This document shows positions 38,601-47,992 of a stretch of DNA of 64,000 nt, one piece after another. Each line of letters opens with the position of its first letter. Position 1 is the first letter of the stretch. A program made the translations under genes and the position numbers. The stretch lies in the IMG/VR virus record IMGVR_UViG_3300012662_000011. The stretch is one strand, 5' to 3'. The notes beneath the pieces were generated by a model, which did no database searches, had not been told where the DNA came from, and saw only the letters and a list, made by a program, of their open reading frames with translations. The DNA comes from a virus. Taxonomy: Duplodnaviria; Caudoviricetes.

Positions 38601-40913
38601 GTCATTAATCCCAGGAGTACCGTTTATCTGATAATCCTTTAGCCATACAGGTTCTGACCATCTACCTGTTTTATATTGAAACTGAATGCCTATTCTGTAA
38701 TATTCTCTGCTCTTAAAACCACTTACTCCTATACTATTTATGTAAGGAAAATTATCAGTATTTATAACAGATATATCAGGCTCTTGATAATATATGAGTG
38801 ATGTATTGATTATATTGGAATCCTCATTGCCTTTAATCTCCAAATCTACCAGCATTTTTTCTGGACACAAGTAACTTTTTGGTTTCTTTGGTAAACTACC
38901 ATTCTTAGTATATATGTTGCCTAAAAACAGAGTGCCGTCCTTCTGTTCCATTGTCTTGACTATTATATCTTGACCTTCCTTATATAAAAGTTCTGTAGGG
39001 TCTACAGTTTCTCCTTGAGTACCAGTATCTACAAAAACAATATCACATTTACTATTATCCCATTCGTCTGGTTTACTTGGATTGACTGGATCAACATCCA
39101 CTTCACCATTACCTGAAAATGATATATTCCAAAGAGTATAATATTTCCAATCATAACATGTTGCTGACAAATAAAGGTTGCCATTGTATATATAAGGACT
39201 TTCAAGCTCCTCACCTAAACCTTTAAGCTGTTCTTTTGGGAAGTTATAGCTATGTATTACTTTTGTGCCGTCTAAGTCTATACAGTCTAAATATTCATCA
39301 TATATATCACCTTTATCATAACCAAAGCATTGATACAGTTTATTATCTGTAATTACCATACCTTGTGTGCCTTTCCTGAATGGAAGTAAAAAGCTCTTCT
39401 TTACATCACTGTAAGAAAAATAGCAGTCCCCTGAAGATACTTCTGGTAAAGGATATTTTCTATATATAAGCATATTACCTACATAACTATCTGTATTTTG
39501 CCAATAGGTATTCATTGTATATCCTGATACCCAGATACACTTATTCTCTGCATCTACACATCCATTTTGATAATAATGTGTAAAAGATGCATTCTCGGAT
39601 GTAGTAGTCCCATTCTGTGATTTTCCTCCTTCACACTTTGGAAGATATATACGTTGTACTACTTTACCACTCCATACATTATCAGAATGATTTATTTTAA
39701 TAACTAACATGCATGGAGCATTATTACTCTCTGCTGAATAATATAAATATGGAAAATCACTACCCTCAGCAATATCTTTTCCAAAAGAAAGTACATTGCC
39801 ATGATACTTACTAAAATCAAGAGATATATCTGTTTCTAAAGTGCCTACTTTTTGATTGGTTTTCAAATTAATTATATCTATATATTTTCCACCAATATAA
39901 CCCTGAAACAAGTATTTGTCATAACAAGCAGCTCCCTGTACATAGCAGGAACCATTATCTTGTGAAAACTGTGCAAAATGAGAAACTGACATAGTTTTTC
40001 CAAAGTCATCCAAGTTGCTTTTATTTTTTGTAACTTTATTTGTACTTGTACTGCTTGCTGCAATAGACAAATCAGCAACCCTTTTACAAAGTGGAGTAGT
40101 GTTCTTTGATGTTCTTAATATTGAGTATATTCTAAGATACTCAAAATTTCGATCAACATTTTTTATTTTGATTTTAAATGAATTTGCTATTGTATTTTCA
40201 GGACTTCCTCCTCTGTCTTTATAAGATATATAATACAAAGGAGTAGTATAAAATATAGCACTCTCTTGCATATATTTATTATAATAGGTAAAAGCATATT
40301 GTATTATTCCTGCTGGAAATTCTCCTACACCATACATTTTCTCTACTTTCACTTCTTCCTTTAACTCAAGAGCAGGATTAAAGTCAAGTTGAGTATCAAT
40401 TTCCTTAGTGCCATTCCATTGATACCCCTTTTCTGAAGCAATATTAATTACTCTTGGAGGATTTAAGTTATCTGTCCAATATACCTTTTGAATGTCTTTT
40501 GATTCATAATTTACAAGTGTTTCCAATGGGTATGCAGAATTAAAATTAAGGATTCCATCATATATTTGTTTTCCCTTTAAGTCATAACTACTGTTTTTTG
40601 TTTTGGCTTTTTCTAAAACATATATAATATCCTTTTCATTTTGATCCTTGGAAATAAACAGAACTAATTTATGGTTTATTACAGCAGTTCCAACAACAGT
40701 ACCGTTAATGCTATCTGAAGGTATAGTTGTTTTATCTATAAGAAAATATATCTTCTTAGTACCTCTCTCATTAACCCATGACATCTGTGTATTGCCTTCA
40801 TTAGTAGACAATCTTATATTTCTATTTTCAAATGCAAACTCTGGACTAAAGGCTGAAGGAGAAGTATCTCTGTTCATGCCTTTAGTTCTCCAATTTATAA
40901 GTTTCTTTGCCAT
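35643..40913 (-). CDS. Tail muzzle/stabilisation protein (P22 gp10-like) with inserted domain
   Basis: KGMNRD..AFENRNIR, VYWTDNLNPPRVINI, GDTWYQRYECLKTY, KFRMWR..IPR...RMRNPW motifs of crAss-like muzzle proteins. Confidence 0.8.
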   Translation of the reverse strand: MAKKLINWRTKGMNRDTSPSAFSPEFAFENRNIRLSTNEGNTQMSWVNERGTKKIYFLIDKTTIPSDSINGTVVGTAVINHKLVLFISKDQNEKDIIYVLEKAKTKNSSYDLKGKQIYDGILNFNSAYPLETLVNYESKDIQKVYWTDNLNPPRVINIASEKGYQWNGTKEIDTQLDFNPALELKEEVKVEKMYGVGEFPAGIIQYAFTYYNKYMQESAIFYTTPLYYISYKDRGGSPENTIANSFKIKIKNVDRNFEYLRIYSILRTSKNTTPLCKRVADLSIAASSTSTNKVTKNKSNLDDFGKTMSVSHFAQFSQDNGSCYVQGAACYDKYLFQGYIGGKYIDIINLKTNQKVGTLETDISLDFSKYHGNVLSFGKDIAEGSDFPYLYYSAESNNAPCMLVIKINHSDNVWSGKVVQRIYLPKCEGGKSQNGTTTSENASFTHYYQNGCVDAENKCIWVSGYTMNTYWQNTDSYVGNMLIYRKYPLPEVSSGDCYFSYSDVKKSFLLPFRKGTQGMVITDNKLYQCFGYDKGDIYDEYLDCIDLDGTKVIHSYNFPKEQLKGLGEELESPYIYNGNLYLSATCYDWKYYTLWNISFSGNGEVDVDPVNPSKPDEWDNSKCDIVFVDTGTQGETVDPTELLYKEGQDIIVKTMEQKDGTLFLGNIYTKNGSLPKKPKSYLCPEKMLVDLEIKGNEDSNIINTSLIYYQEPDISVINTDNFPYINSIGVSGFKSREYYRIGIQFQYKTGRWSEPVWLKDYQINGTPGINDKQNTLTLPQITVYIGMTTDIIDNLVAEGYKRARLLMAQPTWNDRTILCQGIANSCIYRDTSRYIEEENHYINTSKMGNLYGQSSWIFRPKSFKYDSNTYLNTSSSDRSGAGQVPSSGNIISLEGMEPVNNILSPGINSIEVGTATTYNFINSDDKLQTVNDPFKIDKDLITIHSPETVFEDSFKALDWSKFNLGTLGSCVFSNTYGDIDIQTKTPTIGSAEGFTHRSITTSGTAALISGLYYSDFIVDEKKSTDPQQYEKYNEEKVPVLFPIYMWHKNGALNNDVSRDGRSSELLKKKICNYHLSIKTIYTDFNKTDYTADAIDYFNSEELSILKLNNKVYMGNIDTMITPKIACSKYFVGNPDSDIFTVSFYSKSEYKLGYKPNSSSDDTTSDVGIYKYNKTTSSWERQDKNIGDAVTDLCSTREGVRIKYKSTPHIVVLGQSRSTSSDIFDDVEDGSLPIVEIYKDYNDKELYGGKLTDALKANTWIPISDSVLIKDKQPLTITSNRGDTWYQRYECLKTYPFTSEDVNQVIDIASFMIETHINIDGRYDRNRGQINNLNVSPKNFNLINPVYSQLDNFFNYKILDEDDYKNTSYPNQITWSKTKESGNDTDVWTNITLAGVLELDGDKGSVNKLAKLNNQLICFQDKGISQILYNENAQVSTTAGVPIELANSGKVQGKRYYTNTVGCSNKWSVVQTPAGIYFMDSNDKGIYLFNGELKNITMAGGFNTWAKQNIPSTGIEWNPVDFNNFVSYYDAQNQEVLFINKNEALAFSEKFMCFTSFYDYGNAPYLCNLDDISIWVKNKENNFSELWQHQAGKYCNFFDVNKGYSMTLIGNPEPTTDKTFTNLEFRACIEGEGTYDKEKDKFSPTLPFDSLEVWDEYQHGILNLSDRNGHDRFTHGNADNNASLNRKFRMWRCDIPRDNAPIDEVTEGIMGIKRFKVRPLDRMRNPWLYLKLEKKAATEGEFLSKVEMHDIIGTYFS

Positions 40914-40915
40914 AA

Positions 40916-41686
40916 TTAATATCTCCTTCTATACTCTCTGTCTCCAAGATTCTTGAAGCCATTATCAAAATGTGTTACTGGTTTTATCATTGTATTCAAC
41001 ATTCTTGTAATACTTTCCATCTCTGACATTGATGGCATTGTCATCTCTGACTGTAAGAGATGTGATGCCCAAGCATACTCTGACTGAGCATTATTAAGTA
41101 TTCCTGCTGGCATCTTTCCTGTATCAAACTTTATAGTAAATACCTTTACTTTTATATATGCTTCCAAAGCATTTAAGTATGTTTCATTATCTATAAGCAA
41201 AGGAAACCCATTATCATCTACAGGAATTGCCTTATATGCTACTTCTACTTCTCCTTCAGGAAAGGATGTATATATTACTCTTCCTTGTGTTTTGAATGAC
41301 AGTTCTTCTACAGCATCTTTTGCTGGAGGAATATAAGTATCAGCAGGAGGATTTACATTATTGAGTAAATCTTCATGTTGATTTATATCTCTAGGTTTAG
41401 GTCTTAATCCAGGAGTAAAGGTATCTGTCATTGCTCTTAGACATACTCCACTATTAATGTCTTTTACTTGAATAATTGAAATTAAATCACAAGGAAGTAG
41501 TCCCTTAAAGTCTTTTATTCTTACTTTCTCTATTCTATCTTGATAGAGCTTTGGGTATCCATGTAAGGATATAAACCTTATAGTATGTCTTACTACCTGC
41601 TCTAAGGTTAAATCCCTTAAAAGAGGATGGTCCAACAAATCATCAAGTACTCGTTTTATACTTGTATATTGTATTTCTGTTACCAT
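40916..41686 (-). CDS. Tail ring/tubular protein
   Basis: IYTSFPEGEVEVAYKAIPVDDNGFPL motif; immediately upstream of muzzle. Confidence 0.7.
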   Translation of the reverse strand: MVTEIQYTSIKRVLDDLLDHPLLRDLTLEQVVRHTIRFISLHGYPKLYQDRIEKVRIKDFKGLLPCDLISIIQVKDINSGVCLRAMTDTFTPGLRPKPRDINQHEDLLNNVNPPADTYIPPAKDAVEELSFKTQGRVIYTSFPEGEVEVAYKAIPVDDNGFPLLIDNETYLNALEAYIKVKVFTIKFDTGKMPAGILNNAQSEYAWASHLLQSEMTMPSMSEMESITRMLNTMIKPVTHFDNGFKNLGDREYRRRY

Positions 41687-42207
41687 AGTGCATCTATTTT
41701 TCCTTTATTAATACTATCTTTCAATGCTCTCTTTATAAATCTGTTCAACTGAAATTCATAAAATGTCTTGTTTTCATAATTAGTATTATACTTATTATAC
41801 TTAACATAAAAAACTTCTTTTACTTCATTTCTTATCAAGGTTTTATTTTCCCTTGCCTCTGGGTCTTCATACCATAGTTTTACAGTACTATCCCAATCTA
41901 TAGGATAAGTATTTTTCAATTTACCGTCTTTTATACTTACTCCTGCTTTTCTCTTTCTTAGTTCAAGACTTCCCATTCTTTTAGGAAAAATTACAGGATT
42001 CCCTGTTACTATTTCCTTTGCCAATAAATTATTGATACTTCTTACTATACTGTAAAATTCATGCTCTTTCAGAGGTCTGCCTATATTATACCATCCTTTT
42101 CTACGTATATATTTATAAGCATCATATATTCCCCAAGAGTTCTTTACCTTTACATTCTTATGTGAATGTTTCTTTCTTATAAATGCCTCAAACTCACTGT
42201 AATTCAT
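41680..42207 (-). CDS. IHF/HU-like DNA-binding protein
   Basis: LAKEIVTGNPVIFPKRMGSLELRKRK HU-like motif; basic. Confidence 0.65.
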   Translation of the reverse strand: MNYSEFEAFIRKKHSHKNVKVKNSWGIYDAYKYIRRKGWYNIGRPLKEHEFYSIVRSINNLLAKEIVTGNPVIFPKRMGSLELRKRKAGVSIKDGKLKNTYPIDWDSTVKLWYEDPEARENKTLIRNEVKEVFYVKYNKYNTNYENKTFYEFQLNRFIKRALKDSINKGKIDALW

Positions 42208-42981
42208 TTACATTCCCATTTGTTGTTGCATACTAGTCTTCATTTGCTGTCTTACAAATGCTGCTATATCTGACAAATCATCATTAGCATTATTCTTGTC
42301 ATCTGTAGGTTGATATTTAGCTCCTACAAGTTCCTTTACTACCATTTCTATCAAAGATGGTACCAAGTATTCTCTTATAGGAAATTCCTCATCAAGCACA
42401 TCACAGGCTTTTGATTCTCCATCATCATCACATAAGTAATCTGATACTTCATCAAAATCTTCAAATACAGCACTCATCCTCAACTTCTTTAAATACATAA
42501 ATTGAGGATTACTACTATTTAGGTACAAATGGAGGTCTGTTCCCAATGATACATATATTATATTCTGCAAAAACTTATTAGTTCCTACATATCTCATTCT
42601 GTCTCTTGGAATGTAACAAATATTTATTCCTTGATAAAAATCTATAGGATATACTCTTGGCTGATTTCCTTCAAGTATCTTAGGTATCTTCTTTGTAGTT
42701 CTAAGATAATATCCTCCTGTACATGGTTCTCCATCTATAGCTGCAACTTTCTCTAAGTCTAAACACACTTGTTGATATTCAAACTCTGAAGCAATATCTG
42801 TAGATGTTTTTTCCTTCTCTTGCTCTTTCTTTACAAGTAGACTTCTACATTTCTTCAGCAGGAATATCACATGTTCTTCTGTAAAGAAACTATCATCTGA
42901 AGTAGCTGCCTTTGCTAAATCCAGACACATATATACTATTTCTCTTACTAACATAATTACTTGTTTATATTTATGGCTCAA
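42208..42981 (-). CDS. Tail ring protein (probable start ATG at 42954)
   Basis: Synteny and C-terminal EFPI...P.D..NNAND pattern; promoter TACTTTTG at 42979-42986 argues for the later start. Confidence 0.6.
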   Translation of the reverse strand: MSHKYKQVIMLVREIVYMCLDLAKAATSDDSFFTEEHVIFLLKKCRSLLVKKEQEKEKTSTDIASEFEYQQVCLDLEKVAAIDGEPCTGGYYLRTTKKIPKILEGNQPRVYPIDFYQGINICYIPRDRMRYVGTNKFLQNIIYVSLGTDLHLYLNSSNPQFMYLKKLRMSAVFEDFDEVSDYLCDDDGESKACDVLDEEFPIREYLVPSLIEMVVKELVGAKYQPTDDKNNANDDLSDIAAFVRQQMKTSMQQQMGM

Positions 42982-43051
42982 AAGTAATGATTTATTCTAT
43001 ACTCTTGAGCCATATTAATGAAACTATTTATTTACTTAATCAATTCTCTTA

Positions 43052-43435
43052 TTATTCCTCATCTTCCGTAATAACTACATCTGAATCAGTATTTATATCA
43101 TCAAGGTCATGTATAACCTTAACTACCTCCGTATCTTCAAGAGTTTTAATTCTCTGAGATAATTCTGTGATTTCTCCTAATTTAAGTTTTCCCATCTTTA
43201 AATAATCTGGATAAGGTATTAAACAACTGCTCCCATAAATACAGTCTAATGCTTTCTCTATGAGATAATAATCTTCTTTTTTAAGTATTCCTCTATAGTC
43301 ATTGAATATAAAGTCTCTGTAGAAGCACAGTATCAATAATCTATCACTATGCTTTCTTGACATATATCCTTTTACTTCAAGAGCATGATAATACTTAGTC
43401 AATGCTTCATATAGTATTTCATCCATGACACCCAC
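43052..43435 (-). CDS. Putative tail hub protein (127 aa)
   Basis: Synteny in the crAss-like tail block. Confidence 0.45.
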   Translation of the reverse strand: MGVMDEILYEALTKYYHALEVKGYMSRKHSDRLLILCFYRDFIFNDYRGILKKEDYYLIEKALDCIYGSSCLIPYPDYLKMGKLKLGEITELSQRIKTLEDTEVVKVIHDLDDINTDSDVVITEDEE

Positions 43436-44024
43436 ATCCTCCTATATACTTTGTACTGCCTATGGTCTCAGGATCCTCAAACAGCATATTATAGAATTTA
43501 ACTGCTGCAACATAATGTTCTGTTTCTATAGCTGCTTTAAATGCATTCCATAATAGTATAAAGTCTGTAAATCCTGTATGAACACAACAGTTATCTATTA
43601 AATCTTTTGTATAGTCCATCACTCTCTGATAAAGCAGATTTTCATCAAATACTACTCCTAATGTATATTCCTCATCAAGTGTACATGGAGTACAGATATC
43701 TGGAGTTCCTTTACACTTTATAAACACAAAGAATAAAGTATTGCTCATATCTTTAGCAACAAACTTTACAGCTTTAGGTCTTATAGGCATAAAATCTGCT
43801 GAGGACAGTACAAGATTAACTTCCCTTACACCATCTTCATAAGACTCTGTATAAATAGCATTTTCTGTTGATGGCTCTATTGATGTTTCCAAAGCTTGGT
43901 CTGCTGTCATTATAATTACAGAATCTATAGTTATGTCTTCAAAATAACTTGCTTTATTTACATGAGCATTAATATACATTCTTTTACCGTCATCTGAAAT
44001 TCTCAGTTGGTCAAATATAACCAT
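43419..44024 (-). CDS. Putative tail hub protein (201 aa)
   Basis: Cys-rich, ends GGCGCHG; synteny. Confidence 0.5.
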   Translation of the reverse strand: MVIFDQLRISDDGKRMYINAHVNKASYFEDITIDSVIIMTADQALETSIEPSTENAIYTESYEDGVREVNLVLSSADFMPIRPKAVKFVAKDMSNTLFFVFIKCKGTPDICTPCTLDEEYTLGVVFDENLLYQRVMDYTKDLIDNCCVHTGFTDFILLWNAFKAAIETEHYVAAVKFYNMLFEDPETIGSTKYIGGCGCHG

Positions 44025-44104
44025 AATCTTGTATTTTAATAAAACAAAAAGAGGGAAAAGGGATAATATCCCTAATCCCTCGAATTTAGTAACTCAATCT
44101 ATTA

Positions 44105-45136
44105 TTAAGGTTTAGAATCCCCTTTACCTTCTTCTCCTGAACCTGATGTGTCTCCTGTAGTTTCCTTTGTAGGGTCTGCTACAGTAAGTCCTGTATTCTT
44201 ATTGAAAGCAGCAATAAAGGCAGCAAGTGTTACAGTACCTCCTGTAGGAATTGCAATAGTTACATCCTTTTCTGACCTATAGCTGCTTACTCCTGCATCT
44301 GTAAATGCATAATGAATTTCAAACACATCATAAGTCTTATCTGGATCTACCACACCCTTAGTTTCAATGTCATTAGGGAATCCAATCTTCCTATACTGGT
44401 CTCCACGCTCACCAAGAAGGAAGTATTCAAGGTCTGCAATATTCTTACCATTACCTACAAAAGTAGTAGAAGGCTGAACATCTGCACTACCCCACTGATA
44501 ATCATCTGTGCCATCATATACAGTAGTAGGTACTACATCAAAATAAACTCTTTCCAAAGCCTCTGTTCCAAGTGTCCAAGGCTGCTCTTTCTCTTCAATG
44601 ATGATGCCATCTGATTCTGCTTTAAATGAAAGGTATGGATTACTGTCCTTTGTTGCTCCCAGTTCTCTTGAAAAACTTAGATTGAGAGCCTTTACCATTT
44701 CTGTATAGAAACTGGATTTACTCATTCCCTTTGTTGTTCTAATAGCAGCATCCTTAAAATACTGATCCTGGTCACTCATACCATAGAACTGACGAAGGTT
44801 AATTCTAAGGATATAGTCCTCTCCTGCAATAGGTTCACCTCCATTGACATCTGAAGAAAGTGTTACCTTTACTTTCTTCATAGGAATCCTCATATCGTCA
44901 GCCTTAACTGCCTTAATGTAGTTAATACTATCTACAGGGATATAATCACTCTTCAAAGGCTGGTCTTTATCTGCACCCCATACATTGAAGTAAACTACTT
45001 TCTTTACTTCTCCTGTACCTGATACATCAGGAGATACTATCATAACATCTCCTGGATTCTTAAACTGCTCTTTCTTTGTTACAAGATTCTTACATACATA
45101 CAGGTGTCTTACCTGATTTGTTGAAAAAGTACTCAT
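44105..45136 (-). CDS. Auxiliary capsid/structural protein
   Basis: FSTNQVRHLYV start, ADLEYFLLGERGDQYR motif; synteny. Confidence 0.6.
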   Translation of the reverse strand: MSTFSTNQVRHLYVCKNLVTKKEQFKNPGDVMIVSPDVSGTGEVKKVVYFNVWGADKDQPLKSDYIPVDSINYIKAVKADDMRIPMKKVKVTLSSDVNGGEPIAGEDYILRINLRQFYGMSDQDQYFKDAAIRTTKGMSKSSFYTEMVKALNLSFSRELGATKDSNPYLSFKAESDGIIIEEKEQPWTLGTEALERVYFDVVPTTVYDGTDDYQWGSADVQPSTTFVGNGKNIADLEYFLLGERGDQYRKIGFPNDIETKGVVDPDKTYDVFEIHYAFTDAGVSSYRSEKDVTIAIPTGGTVTLAAFIAAFNKNTGLTVADPTKETTGDTSGSGEEGKGDSKP

Positions 45137-45188
45137 CTTTTATATAATTTAAGTTAAACATTACCTATATTCTATAGGCATTACATCA

Positions 45189-45881
45189 TTATTGTTGCTG
45201 TTGTTGCTTAGCTGTTGCACCATAACTTTTACTTTGTATAGCAAGACGTACAGCCATTTCTAATATCTTTTGATGTAAAGACTCATGCAATTTACACTCT
45301 GTCCTTTTATTCTCTTTATCTATTGTTAAATCATCCGGCAAATCTACAAGAATAATAGGTGAGGGTTTCTTTATATATCTAATATAATAACTCTCAACAT
45401 TATACTTACATATTATTTCTACAACTCCTTCCGATAAATCAAGCCTCAAAGCCCTCTTTTCATTAGCTCCTCTAAATGGATTATCTTTTATTACTTGATA
45501 CTCGTCTTGTTTAACAGGATATACTTTTATTTGACTCTTGCCACACCTTCCTTTATCTACAGTTACTGTTTCCATAGTAATAAACATTAGTTTCTCTGGT
45601 AAAGTAAAGAAAGTCGAAGAACTGGATATACCAAGAGGTGTTCCATTACTTGTAGTTATTGGAAGAGTTTTATATTCTGCAATCAACTCTGACAAGTATC
45701 TTCTTATCTCTTCTGTATTCTCAAAAGAGTCATACAACTCTATTACTATACTTTCCTGTGCTTTAGTAAGGAAAACAGATTTCTCATATTCATCAAAAGT
45801 CAAGGTGCTGCCAAAAGTCAAGGTGCTGCCAAAACTATTTAGCAAAGTATCAAAACCATCACTAAATTCCTGTGTTGTCAT
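45189..45881 (-). CDS. Tail ring protein
   Basis: EYEKSVFLTKAQ...YYIRYIKKPSPII...LHESLHQKI; paralogous to the upstream gene. Confidence 0.65.
   Translation of the reverse strand: MTTQEFSDGFDTLLNSFGSTLTFGSTLTFDEYEKSVFLTKAQESIVIELYDSFENTEEIRRYLSELIAEYKTLPITTSNGTPLGISSSSTFFTLPEKLMFITMETVTVDKGRCGKSQIKVYPVKQDEYQVIKDNPFRGANEKRALRLDLSEGVVEIICKYNVESYYIRYIKKPSPIILVDLPDDLTIDKENKRTECKLHESLHQKILEMAVRLAIQSKSYGATAKQQQQQ
45794..45834. repeat. Perfect 18-bp tandem duplication
   Basis: caaaagtcaaggtgctgc x2 + caaaa, encoding FGSTLT-FGSTLT. Confidence 0.9.
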
Positions 45882-45898
45882 AATTTAATATATTAGTA

Positions 45899-46819
45899 TT
45901 ATTCACTTCTTTGACCTGCTTGCATCATTACCTGTATATTATCCTGACCTGTAGATGTCCAAGCTGCTTTTGCAAGTTCTACAGCTCTCTGTACTATTTC
46001 TTCATGTAATATTCCATCAAGTGTACAATCTGTTTTAGTACTTAATCCTTCAATAGTTAATTCATCTAAATCTGATACTATAATAGGAGTAGGTCTTACA
46101 ATATACCTTATCACATATTTTGTTAGAGTATCTGTTGGTCCTATGATTATATCTGCTTTATTTGATTCATGATTATTTATAAGTCTCCAAGCTTGATATT
46201 TCAAAGGTCTCTTATATGGCTTACTCATTAATCTTGAATATTCATCAAACTTAATAGGAATAACCTGCAACAGCACACCTTCTTTCTTATTATCCTTATC
46301 ATTAGCATCTCTTGTTACTGTTGCCATTTCATTAATAGCCATCATCATTCTGTCAGGTAGGATAATGCTTTTAGTATTAGATCTTGGGTCAAATAAAGGA
46401 TTACCGAAAGGATTTAATGTAGAAAGATTACTCTGAGCATTCTGTTTACTTGCCTCATTTCCTTCCCCTAATTCTCCAGTGCCAGGGGTAGTAGTATTTC
46501 CTCCTGGATTTATTGTTCCAGTGTTTCCTCCTATAATTGTATTGATTGCAGAATAAGTCTCTACCCTAGTAATCATAGAGAAATCTACTTGTCTTTTAGG
46601 ATTTCCATCAAATCCTTCCTGAACATTATTTCCCTTACTTTTTGAATTAAAGTAATTCTTTACTATCTCATCCTGTGCCTTTGTTAAGAATATACTCTTT
46701 TCATAAGCGTTTAATCCTGGTGCTTGGTTTGAACCTATATTATTATATAGAGTTTCAAACATATCATCCATTTCAGGTGCTGATAATCCTGTTTTTAAAT
46801 TTGATGCTGAATCTGCCAT
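45899..46819 (-). CDS. Tail ring protein
   Basis: AYEKSIFLTKAQ...YVIRYIVRPTPII...LHEEIVQRAV. Confidence 0.65.
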   Translation of the reverse strand: MADSASNLKTGLSAPEMDDMFETLYNNIGSNQAPGLNAYEKSIFLTKAQDEIVKNYFNSKSKGNNVQEGFDGNPKRQVDFSMITRVETYSAINTIIGGNTGTINPGGNTTTPGTGELGEGNEASKQNAQSNLSTLNPFGNPLFDPRSNTKSIILPDRMMMAINEMATVTRDANDKDNKKEGVLLQVIPIKFDEYSRLMSKPYKRPLKYQAWRLINNHESNKADIIIGPTDTLTKYVIRYIVRPTPIIVSDLDELTIEGLSTKTDCTLDGILHEEIVQRAVELAKAAWTSTGQDNIQVMMQAGQRSE

Positions 46820-46880
46820 ATCTAAATAGTTTTAATGCTGTAGGGAGGGCTTTCAACTCCTCCCTTTAACAGCAATATAA

Positions 46881-47951
46881 TTAATTATCTTTTAACTGTG
46901 CTTCAAGAGTATATTTCAACTCCTGATGCTTTATATTTCCAATATATTTCGCAGCATTATTCAAAGTACTCTCTTCTCCCATCTCACATAGAGGAGAACC
47001 ATCTCTTTTAAGATAATATGTATTATTCTTTGTTCCTATCAATCCAGCTTCAAGACATTTCTTAATAAGCACTTTCATTGATAGATATTTATCAGTAATA
47101 ATTCTATGGAACTTACGTGGGTCTGCCTGAATGTAATCATTAATCTTTGTTTGCAAGTATGCAAGATTAACATTTGAACTAATCTGTCTCTTCTCAAGCT
47201 GTTCTATAATTACCTTCAAAGTATCTGCATCTGTCTTAACTGCTCCATACTCTGTATAGCACTCCATTGTAACATCCATCTTGCTAAGGTTCTTCTGTGC
47301 CTCATCTCCTTCTGAAATAATAACAAACTGATATGTTGCTTTTGGTCTTTCCTCAAGTTCCTCCATTGAAGAGGCTATCTGATCTTTATTTGCAAGAAGT
47401 ATCTTATACTGTATATACTGTTCAGGAATACTCAAATCAAAGTAATTATCTTGTTTATGCAAAGTTACTCTTCCTATACCATTAGGGTTACTATCATCCC
47501 AAAAGTTATTTTCTTTCTTATAGATACTGAGAGCATTAATTTCCAATCCCATTGCTCTCTCAAGGAAGGATTTCTCATTATCTGTAAGAACATTCTTATA
47601 CATTCCTGTCTTACTAAGTCTTGGAACTACAAAGCTTCTTGTAGCATTTTCTGCCATTCCTCCATACAATATATGTCCTTTTCTCTGAACCATTGCTGAA
47701 GGACTTGGAACAAATCTTACAATAATCTTTTCATTTCTAAGACAACTTACTGGCTCATTAGGCATAAATGAATTATTATTGTTCTCTTTTACAGAAGTTA
47801 CTTCTTTCTTATGTAGAGGAATCTCTTGCTTTACTTCATTTACTTCTGTATCAATCATTATGTCTTCTGTAATGTTTTCCTTTGAATCTACTACTTCTTT
47901 CTTTACTCTTCCCATTTTATCTTCTCCTTTTATTTTTTTTATTAAAAGCAA
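46881..47951 (-). CDS. Conserved crAss-like protein following the capsid gene (probable start ATG at 47915)
   Basis: Clean ORF and synteny. Confidence 0.6.
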   Translation of the reverse strand: MLLIKKIKGEDKMGRVKKEVVDSKENITEDIMIDTEVNEVKQEIPLHKKEVTSVKENNNNSFMPNEPVSCLRNEKIIVRFVPSPSAMVQRKGHILYGGMAENATRSFVVPRLSKTGMYKNVLTDNEKSFLERAMGLEINALSIYKKENNFWDDSNPNGIGRVTLHKQDNYFDLSIPEQYIQYKILLANKDQIASSMEELEERPKATYQFVIISEGDEAQKNLSKMDVTMECYTEYGAVKTDADTLKVIIEQLEKRQISSNVNLAYLQTKINDYIQADPRKFHRIITDKYLSMKVLIKKCLEAGLIGTKNNTYYLKRDGSPLCEMGEESTLNNAAKYIGNIKHQELKYTLEAQLKDN

Positions 47952-47992
47952 GTAGGAGAGGAGAGTTGTCCTCTCACTACTGCCTTTTTATG

